25,527 bases of DNA from a virus (taxonomy: Duplodnaviria > Caudoviricetes): positions 1 through 25,527 of IMG/VR virus record IMGVR_UViG_3300020160_000250; one strand, written 5' to 3'. The position numbers and the translations under genes are program-made. Shown here in pieces: positions 8,101 through 15,782 of this stretch. A model generated the notes under the pieces. It had not been told where the DNA came from. It saw nothing but the letters and a program-made list of their open reading frames with translations, and searched no databases. The first letter of the stretch is position 1; each line of letters starts with the position of its first letter.

Positions 8101-10710
8101 AATGAGCATTACCGCCTGCTTATGCAGCGGATTGACGACGCCAAGTTCGACTCGAACGACGCTGTGAAGCTTAAGTCATCCATCGAGCAGATGTTTAATA
8201 AGGCTCGGGAACGCACGATCTACTTCCCCGTTAAACGATTCGGGGAGTACTGGCTCAGTGTAGGTAATGACTTCTACATGCGGGAGACCCCCGCAGAACT
8301 GAAAGCGCTACAGCGTAGGCTGAAGAAGGAAGGCGAAACCCGTGCGATGGTAACGGGTACTAGCCGTGCGGACCTACGTAACAAGGTCGCTAGTAATGAC
8401 GCCAGTGCAGCGCTCAAAGGTATTCTGGATGCCCTCGATGGTGGCAATACCGCCAAGAGCAACGGGAAGCCTAGGCTTGAGAGGGACGACATGGAGGGCC
8501 TGCGGGACCTCGTATTCCAGATGTACCTAACGGCACTACCTGAGGCAGATATGCGTCGGCGTTTTGTTCACCGTAGGTTTGTAACTGGTTTCAGCACCGA
8601 CTCGCTTCGCACGTTTGCTGCTACGGCAGTAGCGTCAGCGAACCAACTTGGGCGTCTGGCGTATAACTATAAGTTCCAGAACGTCATTGAAGAAGCTAAA
8701 GCGGAATCCGAAAGCGACGAACTAACCCCTTACCGCGATGCACTCCGGCTTGAAATCGAGGAGCGGGTGAAAAGCGCAGTGGCTCCTGAGTCGAACAGCA
8801 TCCTCCTTAACGCCATCAATAATGCGATAGCGTTCGGGTCTAAGCTTACATTCTACCACCACCTGTCTTCAATGGCATCTGCGGCGATTAACCTTACCCA
8901 GCTACACACTCTAGGGCTTCAAGTCCTGTCAGGTGAATTTGGTGAGGCCAAGACGGCAGCTATGGCTGCTCGGTACACAACTTCGTTATTGGCGGGCCGG
9001 GAAATCCCTAACCCGTTCCGCGACGAGGATGGTAACGTCGGGCTGCAAGCTCCGGAGTTTAAGTTCCAGAACAGCGCCTATATGCGTAACCTTAAGAAGA
9101 ACGACCCAGACCGCTACAAGCAGACGATGGCTGCATGGGAATACGCGCAAGACCATGACGTCATTGAGAGCACTTTCGCTTCGAGTAGCCAGCTGTATGA
9201 GCGTAGCAACACACCTACCGGGGACTTTAATTTCCGGCAGGCGGTACGCCGTGGTGAAGTATTGACCGCAGGTCAGCGGGCTGCTGCCAATACCATGAGT
9301 GCTATGGGTTTCTTGTTCCATTCGACTGAGACAATCGGGCGCAGTGTCATGTATATGTCCAGCTTCGATCTAGCGTATGAGCGGGCAATCGGTAAAGGTA
9401 AGACGCCGGAGCAAGCGGGTATAGAAGCCCGTAAGTTAGCGACTGACCTAACGAATAAGGCCATGTTCGACTTTACCAACTGGAATAAATCACGTTTTGC
9501 TAAAGCCCCTGCGACTCGTTTTGCGCTCCAGATGACTTCGTATATACATTCGCTATCGTCGCTAATGTTGCGTAGCTTTGTCGGTATGCTCCCGTACTTT
9601 AACAAAGAAGGCAAAGCAGCCGCAGCCCGTGTATTCTTCGGTTCTTCTGCCGTCACCGCGCTCTACGGTGGCGTACAGGCTACCCTGTTTGCTCCTTTAA
9701 TTATGGGTGCATTCACCGTCGCTAAGTATGTCGAAAGCTTGTTTGAGGATGATGACGATGAGGAAGAGGAAATCAAGGAAGGTGTCCTCGGTGAGAAAAC
9801 CGTCGAGCGCCAGTTCCTCAAATACGCAGACGAGAACGGGAACGAACTAGGTAAGAAGGATATGGATTACTATATCCGGGCGACCTTTATCCCTGAGACG
9901 TTTGGTAGGGAAAGCACCCTACAGAACGCACTTGGTCTCAGCGACAAGGCAGCAGCCAATTTGGCAACCGCTGCGGATAGCGGCATACCGGCAATCTTCG
10001 GTGTGGATATATCTAACTCCGTGGCCATGGGTGACTTGCCGTTTATCTGGAGTAATGTGCAGGTGAAGGGCGACACACCTGAAGTCCGAGCTTATGAAGC
10101 CGTGGCAAGGATGGCACTTGGTCCGTTTGGTAGCGTGGCTATTTCGTACCGTAAAGCGATTGACGCGTGGGAAAAAGGTGATGTCCAGCAGGCCGTGGAG
10201 TTGGCGGTTCCTGCAATTATCCGTAACCCACTGAAAGCCCTACGCCTCCAAGAGGAAGGGTTGAAGATCGGGAAAGACAAGGACATTCAGCTTAAGGACC
10301 CCAGCTACTATACCGGTGGTAAGACCTTTTTGCAGTCCCTCGGCTTTAAGGACGCTGAGACAACGCGTAATATGGAGCTTGATATAATGGCAGGTGCCGT
10401 TGAGCGGGAAGTCGCAGCGCAGAAGACCGAGCTACTTGATCGACGGTACCGTGCTATCCTTAAGTATGATGCAGACCCATCGGATAAAAACGAGCTTGAG
10501 TTGCAGCGGGTGGAATACGACATCAACGTATATGATGAGAACTACCCATCGAACTCAATATCCAAAGATACCAAGCGGAAGTCGTTCAAAGCTAAGGAGC
10601 AAGACGCTACTGGTAAAGCCTACGGTTTGGAGGTTAATCCGAAAATCCCGATCAGGGAAGTGCTACAGGAAGAGCGTATTCAGCAGCTTCTGGAGGCTGA
10701 AGGCCAATAA
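2176..10710 (+). CDS. Giant polyvalent (probably virion-ejected) protein, 2844 aa: GHKL ATPase + HExxH zincin peptidase + PLxRFG + LPD39-like C-terminal region
   Basis: GHKL motifs: EVLQNSFDA (5398), DNGIGM (5512), GGFGIA (5599), HGT (5797). Hsp90 middle-domain-like PFNFNRQ (~6220-6240). HELAHYKERSHNARF (6910). YFPVKRFGEY (8221) matches the PLxRFG motif of phage polyvalent proteins. N-terminal FRRQYPQYNDMSDVELAD and EEALQE motifs are also typical of such proteins. Confidence 0.85.
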   Translation: MDNLADFRRQYPQYNDMSDVELADAIHRKFYSDLPKAEVFKKLAVKPAGAVAVPTAAAPAALTPAQKQAVAQKTAERGFFGGVYDAVMGNEIEAPEVYTAKELAARQKQIAATLKKLGVDAKKYDTLAVSAAKEYQGPNAPDRALGFTQQAQAARSEAIALQNELDSITKTGLKVPKANKFRETLSSTLRVPAEIFAGIPGAIEATAGYGLGTFGIPGAETLKAAGKSDMARASELAAQGFGAQGEALKYDATAKFLADVGGGVGSVGTFLGPGLLSKAAGAGKGLVGAARAEAIAKAARPLEYGLGTVQGAQQGIQDIQATEQRTGKVIPDANAFTAIVLSAGMGATEVGAARRIFESLPVAKRGATLDTVTDIVRRGTAGRVDPKVISEAVKRTLNTIESRAVGRVAVRGAEEALQEGGVQFGTNVIAKGLYDEDRNVTEGVGYSMLIGGIVGSGLRGVTEVAQKALGKAKAQGVDPAAVMAEFQRLAAEQAGRVMKANPGMKQNDAVKFVEDNAEALFNLATANIVSGTKGVLDVPVTTGAGVDDLGGSGAGTAIDRESLATEAGTTVAGADDDGRLDRSVSGVSVPTTGTGTGVGTLIEPTAKQVKAMVPTIEQAFKASALDFEEAYADVLDKNNKLNSQQKTLAARILVQSPEVDPYDAIGSVLDRGLETLLGKPVPKKVPSTSRTTVTPTTPTTQATPVRDDTIIGAIYDAKNNERNPLTYEDLIDQLDFLETLATEGKLTPERLAFSDFGQVQDTGTLTGLKNRIAADPVGTIQRLRESAELNNQRDMAEAAPVEAVQDEAAPAGTPVELVPYKDIALSTMWYKGGSQTAVAGNEKPAWVPDDVLEYDIPGRPRPTGDQSDVRVEQFTAKDGTVGTKVSVLVPTIDEVYGDRGNTAAATIWLRDADPKDIDSAVQTAEAVARWVADPNNSKAADGPLNQIADKAISFIATQSAPASVAAPTTAGAKPSKARGPSKVKAAGDKGAKAKAVKKVINSKPGKTVAEKIFNMAQAEVDAMPKEELDEQATPYSPEYETIRATPGINTKRMAKMLGPQLYGDPTNMGQVCIKEVLQNSFDATRTAVDKGQITQGKIEISISRDERTLTVKDNGIGMTPELLGGKFLQIAGTDKEGDKNAGGFGIAKMLFLYANKNIRVVTARDGRIAELNATGEQLFDGLDDPDARPFIDIRDLEPADYAAFPNGHGTIIQLTIPEESGDYKINPLPWQAQSVPSLMLSPLFADIEVSFSDYTGSRAYAVDIGSNFPIQDYTQFVGVKFPWGTAKVYVTRNQTTQKYGQNMHILSNGLWQFSNSVSKDPSNIYSDPVPYRFYVDIVPSVKPDEPGYPFNFNRQSFTDDAKADFNKVKAYIDAVYAYKSRAGEATSFGVIQYFDENGQLTAPIDLTPDIPVVDTAFTRIAEGDIIKIDDDGSLLVNGQRMPELTPEELKAGIPSANDLRINPDLIDTNLVMVHDNADVVIKSTGEKMPIPDFMRRQFGERFDDFMSFNGEAFLKLRDEVARVMGYPGLRDEAIGVSFDPEYRGVSIRLPFSGSFINPLVPKYADGLRAGYGIFGTMIHELAHYKERSHNARFPAEYQDIDLNMEADTGFAYRRFKDNFADTIAADYADIVKLGVELFNGQNSDISIEYRGNKFTDGDAEQTSDGDGDRNAGDVRGPSGEGSTGESLLSPSYEGRDRTGERGDLGAGDGGGTEPLTDANVEEAVSVKLTKAQIKRLEAAAGIRGMEVNRLQKRIIQSRNENETKGLIKRLAEAMRNPDANSGIIASLTQSMPVGGYRLILGFQQIEDIFRLAKLAGMKSIGKIDTIMREEYIPYVNRIVRRASTVEQEWTAFASRDPDGNTALDDNIMYSNMIDADPSLAVTAAEYMRIDPKLKELEASLATEADANKRKSLKGQITTRKDDIKRLYFGGTLKDTNGDPVLDEDGNPVVVLGWNSLAPEGRKIFKAARDFHRANFNEHYRLLMQRIDDAKFDSNDAVKLKSSIEQMFNKARERTIYFPVKRFGEYWLSVGNDFYMRETPAELKALQRRLKKEGETRAMVTGTSRADLRNKVASNDASAALKGILDALDGGNTAKSNGKPRLERDDMEGLRDLVFQMYLTALPEADMRRRFVHRRFVTGFSTDSLRTFAATAVASANQLGRLAYNYKFQNVIEEAKAESESDELTPYRDALRLEIEERVKSAVAPESNSILLNAINNAIAFGSKLTFYHHLSSMASAAINLTQLHTLGLQVLSGEFGEAKTAAMAARYTTSLLAGREIPNPFRDEDGNVGLQAPEFKFQNSAYMRNLKKNDPDRYKQTMAAWEYAQDHDVIESTFASSSQLYERSNTPTGDFNFRQAVRRGEVLTAGQRAAANTMSAMGFLFHSTETIGRSVMYMSSFDLAYERAIGKGKTPEQAGIEARKLATDLTNKAMFDFTNWNKSRFAKAPATRFALQMTSYIHSLSSLMLRSFVGMLPYFNKEGKAAAARVFFGSSAVTALYGGVQATLFAPLIMGAFTVAKYVESLFEDDDDEEEEIKEGVLGEKTVERQFLKYADENGNELGKKDMDYYIRATFIPETFGRESTLQNALGLSDKAAANLATAADSGIPAIFGVDISNSVAMGDLPFIWSNVQVKGDTPEVRAYEAVARMALGPFGSVAISYRKAIDAWEKGDVQQAVELAVPAIIRNPLKALRLQEEGLKIGKDKDIQLKDPSYYTGGKTFLQSLGFKDAETTRNMELDIMAGAVEREVAAQKTELLDRRYRAILKYDADPSDKNELELQRVEYDINVYDENYPSNSISKDTKRKSFKAKEQDATGKAYGLEVNPKIPIREVLQEERIQQLLEAEGQ

Positions 10711-10740
10711 AAACCCCCGGCTGAGTGAGCAACCGGGGGT
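10706..10740 (-). terminator. Intrinsic (Rho-independent) terminator of the - strand arm / candidate sRNA
   Basis: Minus strand reads ACCCCCGGTTG-ctcact-CAGCCGGGGGT (11-bp stem with one G-U pair) followed by TTTTATT. It lies at the point where the two arms converge. Confidence 0.85.
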
Positions 10741-10781
10741 AGTGAGTGATGCGATGCACCGATAGGAAGGAGCAAACTTCC
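10706..10781 (-). ncRNA. Candidate ~76-nt antisense regulatory small RNA (anti-SD hairpin + anti-primase-start segment + terminator)
   Basis: Sequence GGAAGUUUGCUCCUUCC-UAUC-GGUGCAUCGCAUCACUCAC-U-terminator. Complementary to several RBSs in this window and to the primase start. A promoter-like element lies 7 nt upstream. Confidence 0.6.
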
Positions 10782-10787
10782 GAGGGC

Positions 10788-10816
10788 TATATACTTACAT
10801 CCGCCATACTCGTAAA
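10788..10816 (-). promoter_or_regulatory. Putative sigma70-type promoter for the candidate sRNA
   Basis: TTTACG (10816-10811), a 17-nt spacer, then TATATA (10793-10788). The predicted +1 near 10781 coincides with the first G of the 5' hairpin. Each hexamer matches consensus at only 4/6. Confidence 0.45.
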
Positions 10817-10989
10817 CCCCTAATCCCACTTTCGATTGAGGGCTTGACCAATATCTTGATACGTAGGCGTTTGATGACTACCATCAGTTGTGCCCGAGCG
10901 CGTGGTACATGGAGGCAAGGGAAGAACAAAGAAGTGCCCCTCTGGAATGCGCGCCAGTTAACTTCATAGTCTATACCCTCAATCTGCAT
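10795..10989 (-). CDS. Small basic hypothetical phage protein (64 aa), C-terminal GxRVWR motif
   Basis: Overlaps the primase 3' end (coupled arrangement). Ends in GIRGLRVWRM, a motif type seen in small phage proteins, possibly DNA-binding. Confidence 0.65.
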   Translation of the reverse strand: MQIEGIDYEVNWRAFQRGTSLFFPCLHVPRARAQLMVVIKRLRIKILVKPSIESGIRGLRVWRM

Positions 10990-13822
10990 CTATTATACCA
11001 TCTTCCTTGGCGTACTCATTGACGCTTACAAAGTCTGGGTCCAGCTTGAACCACAGGCAGTGGACGTTATCCCCTGAGACAGCCATACCCTTGGACATAC
11101 GCTTGTTGTCACGATTCACTAACCGACCTTGTGCCGCTAACTTGTCTAGAGTGTCGTTGTAATTGATCTGGTACTTGACGCAGTACTCCCTAAACGGTTT
11201 GGCAATAAGGAACATCATCTCGGTATCTGGTTCGATACGGATCAGCAACTCACCCTTTGGTTCGCGTATAGGCGCAGATGGCAGTTTGGTGCGGCGGTCT
11301 GACTTGTCGTTCACAACTAAGATATTCTGCATATGGCGATACAGGTAGTCACCTATAACCTGCTCAACACCGTTAAGTGGTGCCTTGGTATCTTGACGAA
11401 GCCGCTCAACTATATCGCAAGCGTGTCCGTAGATGCGCTTCATATTCCAGTCGATCAAGCCGCACTTCTTAGCGAGGATACCACCTTCGATATTAGCTGC
11501 TACTGTGGCTGACCAGAAGCGCTCCTTAGGTAGAAGCTGAAGCTCACGGTCAATCTTGTCCTGCATCTGGAGACACTTACCCACCACGTATTCCATGTTG
11601 TTTAGCACATAGCGAATGTAAACAGGTCCGGCGTGGCCGTAATTAGAGAACAGCACCTTATCAAATAACTCTTTGGCATTTGCGGTATTGATGGAGTCTA
11701 CCAACCCTATCGGGTATTCGATAAGGCGCATAAGCTCACCTTCTGGGTTATCCTTCAAGATCGACAACTTCTCAACAAACGAAGAGTTCGACGTCGAAAC
11801 CGTAATGTTCTGCCATGTGGTATTGTTCTCACGCAGTTCGTTGGCCCCAGCCAACATGCGTTCCTTACCCTTACCGTTCGACAGCGAGTATAAGAAGTCT
11901 GAGTATTCCTTAGATGTTACGTTGGTAAGCTCGTCCATGGTGGCTGGCAGATTGTTGAGGACGCCGACCCACTGAAGCTTACCGTTCATGGTGTCGATTT
12001 CTTTCAAGCGCAGTTGTTGGGGATGCCCATAGACGCTGTTCACCATGTTCAAGATGGTGGTCTTACCCGTACCAGAGTGGGAGTTAAACAGGTTGATGAC
12101 GGCCCCTGTCTGGTTAAGAAACTTTAGCAGCGGTGACCCGAACGCGCTTAGCGCAGCAAATGCTTGGGCTTCCATGCCCTCCTCGCCATACAAGCTCCAC
12201 ACGCTTTTCCATTTATCCATCGACCCAACAGGACCAATAAACTTAGCCAGCTTACCCGTTGCCTTAGACGGCGGCGAATAGATATTGCCGTCGATGGTCA
12301 TCTCCTGATCGCCTAAAACAAACCGGCTGTTGCCGTCTACCCAACCAAATTGTTGCCTCATGATTTCTGCTTTCTGTCTATCTTGTAAGTTTTCAGCGGA
12401 TGCGTGTACATATTCCATCAGCGTATCGAAACGCTTGCCGTAGCTATACACCCCGTTGGCGGAGAGTATCTTGCGAAGCTCATCCTTCTGGGTAACCTTG
12501 GACATGGCAACGGTAAATTCCCGTAAACCGTCTTGCGGTAGGTGTACGCGCATAAGCGCGGAGTCGCCCTCACCGGGATCGTACATACGTTTCACAACAT
12601 AGAAATCGTTTGCGTATACCATCTTCGGTTCGACTTCTTCGACTGAATCCTTGGGAGGCTTCTTCCAAACACCACCGCCATCGCCCCTGTAGAACGGGAA
12701 CGGATACTTAGGGATGTCGATATGCTCGACCACACCCTCTTCAGTTTCTACCTTGATGAAGTCCTCGCTGGACTCCTTGACCACCTTGCCCAGTTCCTTG
12801 GGGCCTTTGATTTTGTCGAGGTGTGGACACCCCTCACATAGCTCTTGGTTAACGCTACGAAACTTGGCGCAGCTAGTTGACTTGCGGATCGTTTCAACTT
12901 TCCGGTCTATGGACTCTGGATCGTAGTCTGGGTGACCCTTCGACATCATATGGACCGCAGTGTCTGCGTCCTCGCACATAGCTGCCACTGACAGCGCGTA
13001 GAACCATTCGTAGTAACTAACGGTATCTTGGTTCGTATATGCGTGTAGGAGTTGGTTACACCCATCGCCCCTAGCTGTGCGCTGCATGATTTGTTTGAAG
13101 TTGTAGCCTATACCATTTGTCAGTGCCAGTTGGCGTGGTGACGGTTGGTAATCCTCATCGAAGATTGTCGGCTGCGCCTTGACCCCAAAGATGGCGCGCA
13201 CCTCCTCAAAGGAAATCGGCTTACCCACATGGATAAACTCAACCAGACGAGGCTCTTCCTCTTTGAAGTTAAACGTACCGGGCACACGTAGGATACGTGC
13301 CACTTCGAACACCGCGTTATCGACGTAGAAGTTCTGGGTTTGGCACACTTCCTTGAAGCGCTCTGCTACAGGTTCCCAGTCCCGCCGTGTGATTTCTTCC
13401 GTAAGCGCCCAGTATACGTGGATGCCACCACCTGAGTTTACTATGGTAGGAGTAGGAAGACCGACGGATTCACAAAAAGTACGCAGCGCCGCTATGGCAG
13501 CAGTTTGGTCTACGTAACCATCAGGTCGTCCAGTCTTCGGGTCGGGTTCAGCTTTGGTCGGGCCGCAGTCCACATCGAGCCAGAACGCCTTGAGACCAAG
13601 GACATTCTCCTTCTTGCGGTTGTCACCAGTTGCATACTTGGCTACCCCAAAGAATACATTTCGGCCAGCATCGACGAAGCGCTCTATTAAAGCATCTGCT
13701 TCTTCCCGCGTAGCTACAAGTTCTTGGCGGACATCGGCGTCTTTCCCCGTCCCTTTGATACCTGTGATAGCGAACCAGCCCCCCGCTGGCTGCACGAGGC
13801 TTAAGAGATCATATTGTTGCAT
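10979..13822 (-). CDS. Primase-helicase: AEP/RepB-type primase + Cys-rich PriCT/PriL-like region + DUF927/Cch-like helicase
   Basis: AEP motifs FWLDVD, SGGGIHVYW and RILRVPGTFN. Cys cluster (SCAKF...CEGCPH). RQQFGW, Walker A SGTGKTT, Walker B TMDE and GKGKER/STSN typical of DUF927 helicases. Preferred start is the ATG at 13822 (GGTGAG SD-like 7 nt upstream); the alternative is the GTG at 13834. Confidence 0.85.
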   Translation of the reverse strand: MQQYDLLSLVQPAGGWFAITGIKGTGKDADVRQELVATREEADALIERFVDAGRNVFFGVAKYATGDNRKKENVLGLKAFWLDVDCGPTKAEPDPKTGRPDGYVDQTAAIAALRTFCESVGLPTPTIVNSGGGIHVYWALTEEITRRDWEPVAERFKEVCQTQNFYVDNAVFEVARILRVPGTFNFKEEEPRLVEFIHVGKPISFEEVRAIFGVKAQPTIFDEDYQPSPRQLALTNGIGYNFKQIMQRTARGDGCNQLLHAYTNQDTVSYYEWFYALSVAAMCEDADTAVHMMSKGHPDYDPESIDRKVETIRKSTSCAKFRSVNQELCEGCPHLDKIKGPKELGKVVKESSEDFIKVETEEGVVEHIDIPKYPFPFYRGDGGGVWKKPPKDSVEEVEPKMVYANDFYVVKRMYDPGEGDSALMRVHLPQDGLREFTVAMSKVTQKDELRKILSANGVYSYGKRFDTLMEYVHASAENLQDRQKAEIMRQQFGWVDGNSRFVLGDQEMTIDGNIYSPPSKATGKLAKFIGPVGSMDKWKSVWSLYGEEGMEAQAFAALSAFGSPLLKFLNQTGAVINLFNSHSGTGKTTILNMVNSVYGHPQQLRLKEIDTMNGKLQWVGVLNNLPATMDELTNVTSKEYSDFLYSLSNGKGKERMLAGANELRENNTTWQNITVSTSNSSFVEKLSILKDNPEGELMRLIEYPIGLVDSINTANAKELFDKVLFSNYGHAGPVYIRYVLNNMEYVVGKCLQMQDKIDRELQLLPKERFWSATVAANIEGGILAKKCGLIDWNMKRIYGHACDIVERLRQDTKAPLNGVEQVIGDYLYRHMQNILVVNDKSDRRTKLPSAPIREPKGELLIRIEPDTEMMFLIAKPFREYCVKYQINYNDTLDKLAAQGRLVNRDNKRMSKGMAVSGDNVHCLWFKLDPDFVSVNEYAKEDGIIDAD

Positions 13823-13838
13823 TGCATCACTCACCGTT

Positions 13839-13856
13839 GCGGGGGGAAACCCCCAC
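13839..13856 (-). promoter_or_regulatory. GC-rich hairpin in the primase 5' leader
   Basis: Minus strand gtGGGGG-TTT-CCCCCcgc immediately upstream of the primase initiation region. There is no U tract, so a translational or structural role is more likely than termination. Confidence 0.45.
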
Positions 13857-13880
13857 TTATCGTTTGCTCTTTGTGAAAGC

Positions 13881-14114
13881 TCAACCCAAATTAGCTAGGT
13901 AGGACTGGATGGCCTCACATGATTTGCCTCTTGGCTCACTCAACCCAAGAAACCAGTGATAAACCGTTTGACGTGTAATCCCAAGGCTCTCCGCAACTTC
14001 TGCGACAGGGATATCTTGGGCAAGACAAGCTCGCCCAAGTTGTACCCCGAGGAGGTTAACATCGGCCTCCCCGATAGCCTCGGCTACACGGATGCTGTAG
14101 CCCCGCATACTCAT
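13881..14114 (-). CDS. XRE/Cro-like helix-turn-helix protein (77 aa)
   Basis: VAEVAESLGITRQTVYHWFLGLSEPR is an HTH signature. ATGA overlap with the upstream gene. Confidence 0.8.
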   Translation of the reverse strand: MSMRGYSIRVAEAIGEADVNLLGVQLGRACLAQDIPVAEVAESLGITRQTVYHWFLGLSEPRGKSCEAIQSYLANLG

Positions 14115-15049
14115 GCGAAGTCATCCTCTTCTTCTTCCTCTTCCTTAAGCCACTCACCCATTACAGATGCCAGTTCGGGCTTTACCTCAGGAGTAACCTT
14201 CGGCTTAGCGGCCCGTTTGACTGGGGTGGCTGGCGCTTCGTCTTCATCGTCGTCACCGAACGGGTTAACGCTCACAGTGGGGGCAGCGATAGCAACAACA
14301 GGAGCAGGAGCAGCAATAGCCTTAGTAGTGTCTATAGCACCAGCAGTCAGCATGGTGTACTTCTCTGTGGCGGGATCGTCTTGCGCTGCGTCCACAAGCG
14401 ATGCTTCCATCTCGGTCAGGTGGCGGATAGGTTTGAACCCAACCTTGGCCGTGTCTGCTTCGGTATCGTAGACAAGGCGTGTTACCACCGTGTCGAGGGC
14501 ATGTTTGCTGGCAAGCATAAACTTCTTGTAGCCTTCGAAGCCGTAGACGTTGCCATTGTTGTCGCTGAATAGCGAAGCGCCCGGAATAGCAATCTGGTAC
14601 AAATCACCAGACGGGTCACCGGCAACAAGGACTGCGAGGCGGCGTTCATACCGGCAAGCCTTCTTATTGTTAGGCGCGGAACCCTTAACGTCCTTGGGGC
14701 AACCACGGCAAGCCCTACTCTGCTTGTTGCTAGCTCCTGCTTCTGGCGCAACACCATCGTTTGACCAGCAGTCAGGTAGTGTGGCCTTGGCGTCTTTATC
14801 GTAAGCAGCCGCATAGAATTTACGCGAAGGCTCAACCAGCCAGTCTACGATAATGACGTCGAGCGTATCACTAGCGGCCTTACCAATCTGCTCACCGTTG
14901 ATGACGCGCTTGAAAGTGCGGCCATTGCTAAGCTGGATACGGCGCATGGTGCTCCCGCTACCGCCGCTGGACATACGGTCCATACGACGAGACTCACGCT
15001 GCACCGTGGCGACATTAGAGGGTTCTTCAAATATGGTTATACTGCTCAT
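14111..15049 (-). CDS. Putative single-stranded DNA-binding protein with Cys motif and acidic tail
   Basis: Acidic C-terminus ending in an aromatic residue (EEEEEEDDFA), like phage SSBs. CWS...CRGCP...C motif. Located in the replication module. Start placed at ATG 15049. Confidence 0.65.
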   Translation of the reverse strand: MSSITIFEEPSNVATVQRESRRMDRMSSGGSGSTMRRIQLSNGRTFKRVINGEQIGKAASDTLDVIIVDWLVEPSRKFYAAAYDKDAKATLPDCWSNDGVAPEAGASNKQSRACRGCPKDVKGSAPNNKKACRYERRLAVLVAGDPSGDLYQIAIPGASLFSDNNGNVYGFEGYKKFMLASKHALDTVVTRLVYDTEADTAKVGFKPIRHLTEMEASLVDAAQDDPATEKYTMLTAGAIDTTKAIAAPAPVVAIAAPTVSVNPFGDDDEDEAPATPVKRAAKPKVTPEVKPELASVMGEWLKEEEEEEDDFA

Positions 15050-15057
15050 AGGTATTC

Positions 15058-15462
15058 TCACTTCTCAGTTGGTTTACGGACTTGGATTACGTACTTGTTG
15101 TCGATCTGAAGACCGATAGGGAGAACGTCCGGATTCTCCTCCAGAAACTGTTTCATGTTACCGTTGTGAATACGCTTTTCTAAAACGAAAGGCACATCGT
15201 TGTCTGCGATAAACTTGTACATATGCTCCCAGTCCGTTGTCCAATATCGCGTTTGGACACGGCGGGATAAAGTGCCAGCAGGGGTGCGGACACTGTCGAG
15301 GTTCTGCTCATTGCAGAAGTTAAGAAGCTCGGTAGAGATGAGTTCCAACTGGTCCTTCAAATCTTTGAGCTTGGCATCGTGGGCTTCTTCCTCCGCCGCA
15401 ACCGCAGCACGAATGTTACGGTACGCAGACACGAGGTCATTGATTGGTACTGGTTCTGACAT
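15058..15462 (-). CDS. Phage replication-module protein (134 aa), N-terminal coiled coil, loosely Gam/Gp157-like
   Basis: Coiled coil followed by SVRTPAGT and ...VLPIG. Strong RBS AAGGAGCAAACC-ATG. The family assignment is tentative. Confidence 0.6.
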   Translation of the reverse strand: MSEPVPINDLVSAYRNIRAAVAAEEEAHDAKLKDLKDQLELISTELLNFCNEQNLDSVRTPAGTLSRRVQTRYWTTDWEHMYKFIADNDVPFVLEKRIHNGNMKQFLEENPDVLPIGLQIDNKYVIQVRKPTEK

Positions 15463-15496
15463 GGTTTGCTCCTTGCTCGGCTATTGCCGTAGTCTT

Positions 15497-15525
15497 GTTC
15501 TAGACCCTGTACTATACAGTGTCAA
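15497..15525 (-). promoter_or_regulatory. Sigma70-type promoter for the SSB/primase genes
   Basis: TTGACA (15525-15520), a 17-nt spacer, then TAGAAC (15502-15497). The spacer contains the inverted repeat CTGTA-N3-TACAG. Confidence 0.6.
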
Positions 15526-15781
15526 GCTCCTTCAGATATCTTTCTTCAATATGCAACGTCCTAGAGTGGGGCGTTTTAACGAATGGTTCGCATAAGTAGT
15601 CATGGCTGTGGTTGTTGTATGAAGCCACATTCACTACCGTAAAACCCTCAGGGTAGGTTAGAGCGTATGACCCCTTAGTGCAGCCAGTGGCCCTTAGGTG
15701 CAGCCTATCTTTTACCGTAACGCGGTCACCCACCTTAAAATTAAATACTAGGGGGCGTTCGGACATTTTTTGCTCAGTCAT
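15512..15781 (-). CDS. Hypothetical protein (89 aa), KOW/SH3-like FKVGDRV start
   Basis: GGAGGA SD upstream; starts 1 nt after the helicase stop; FKVGDRVTV motif. Confidence 0.6.
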   Translation of the reverse strand: MTEQKMSERPLVFNFKVGDRVTVKDRLHLRATGCTKGSYALTYPEGFTVVNVASYNNHSHDYLCEPFVKTPHSRTLHIEERYLKELDTV

Positions 15782-15782
15782 T

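Noticed and set aside
2265-10526. Many 60-180 aa ORFs antisense to or out of frame within the giant gene
   Set aside because: Shadow ORFs produced by codon bias of the long coding frame; no motifs or convincing RBSs.
10394-10765. 123-aa + ORF overlapping the end of the giant gene (possible frameshift extension)
   Set aside because: No slippery site or protein motif was noticed, and it runs through the terminator hairpin.
10767-10794. + strand AAGGAGCAAAC as the RBS of a small + strand gene
   Set aside because: No start codon follows at a suitable spacing, which favours its function as the complement on the - strand RNA.
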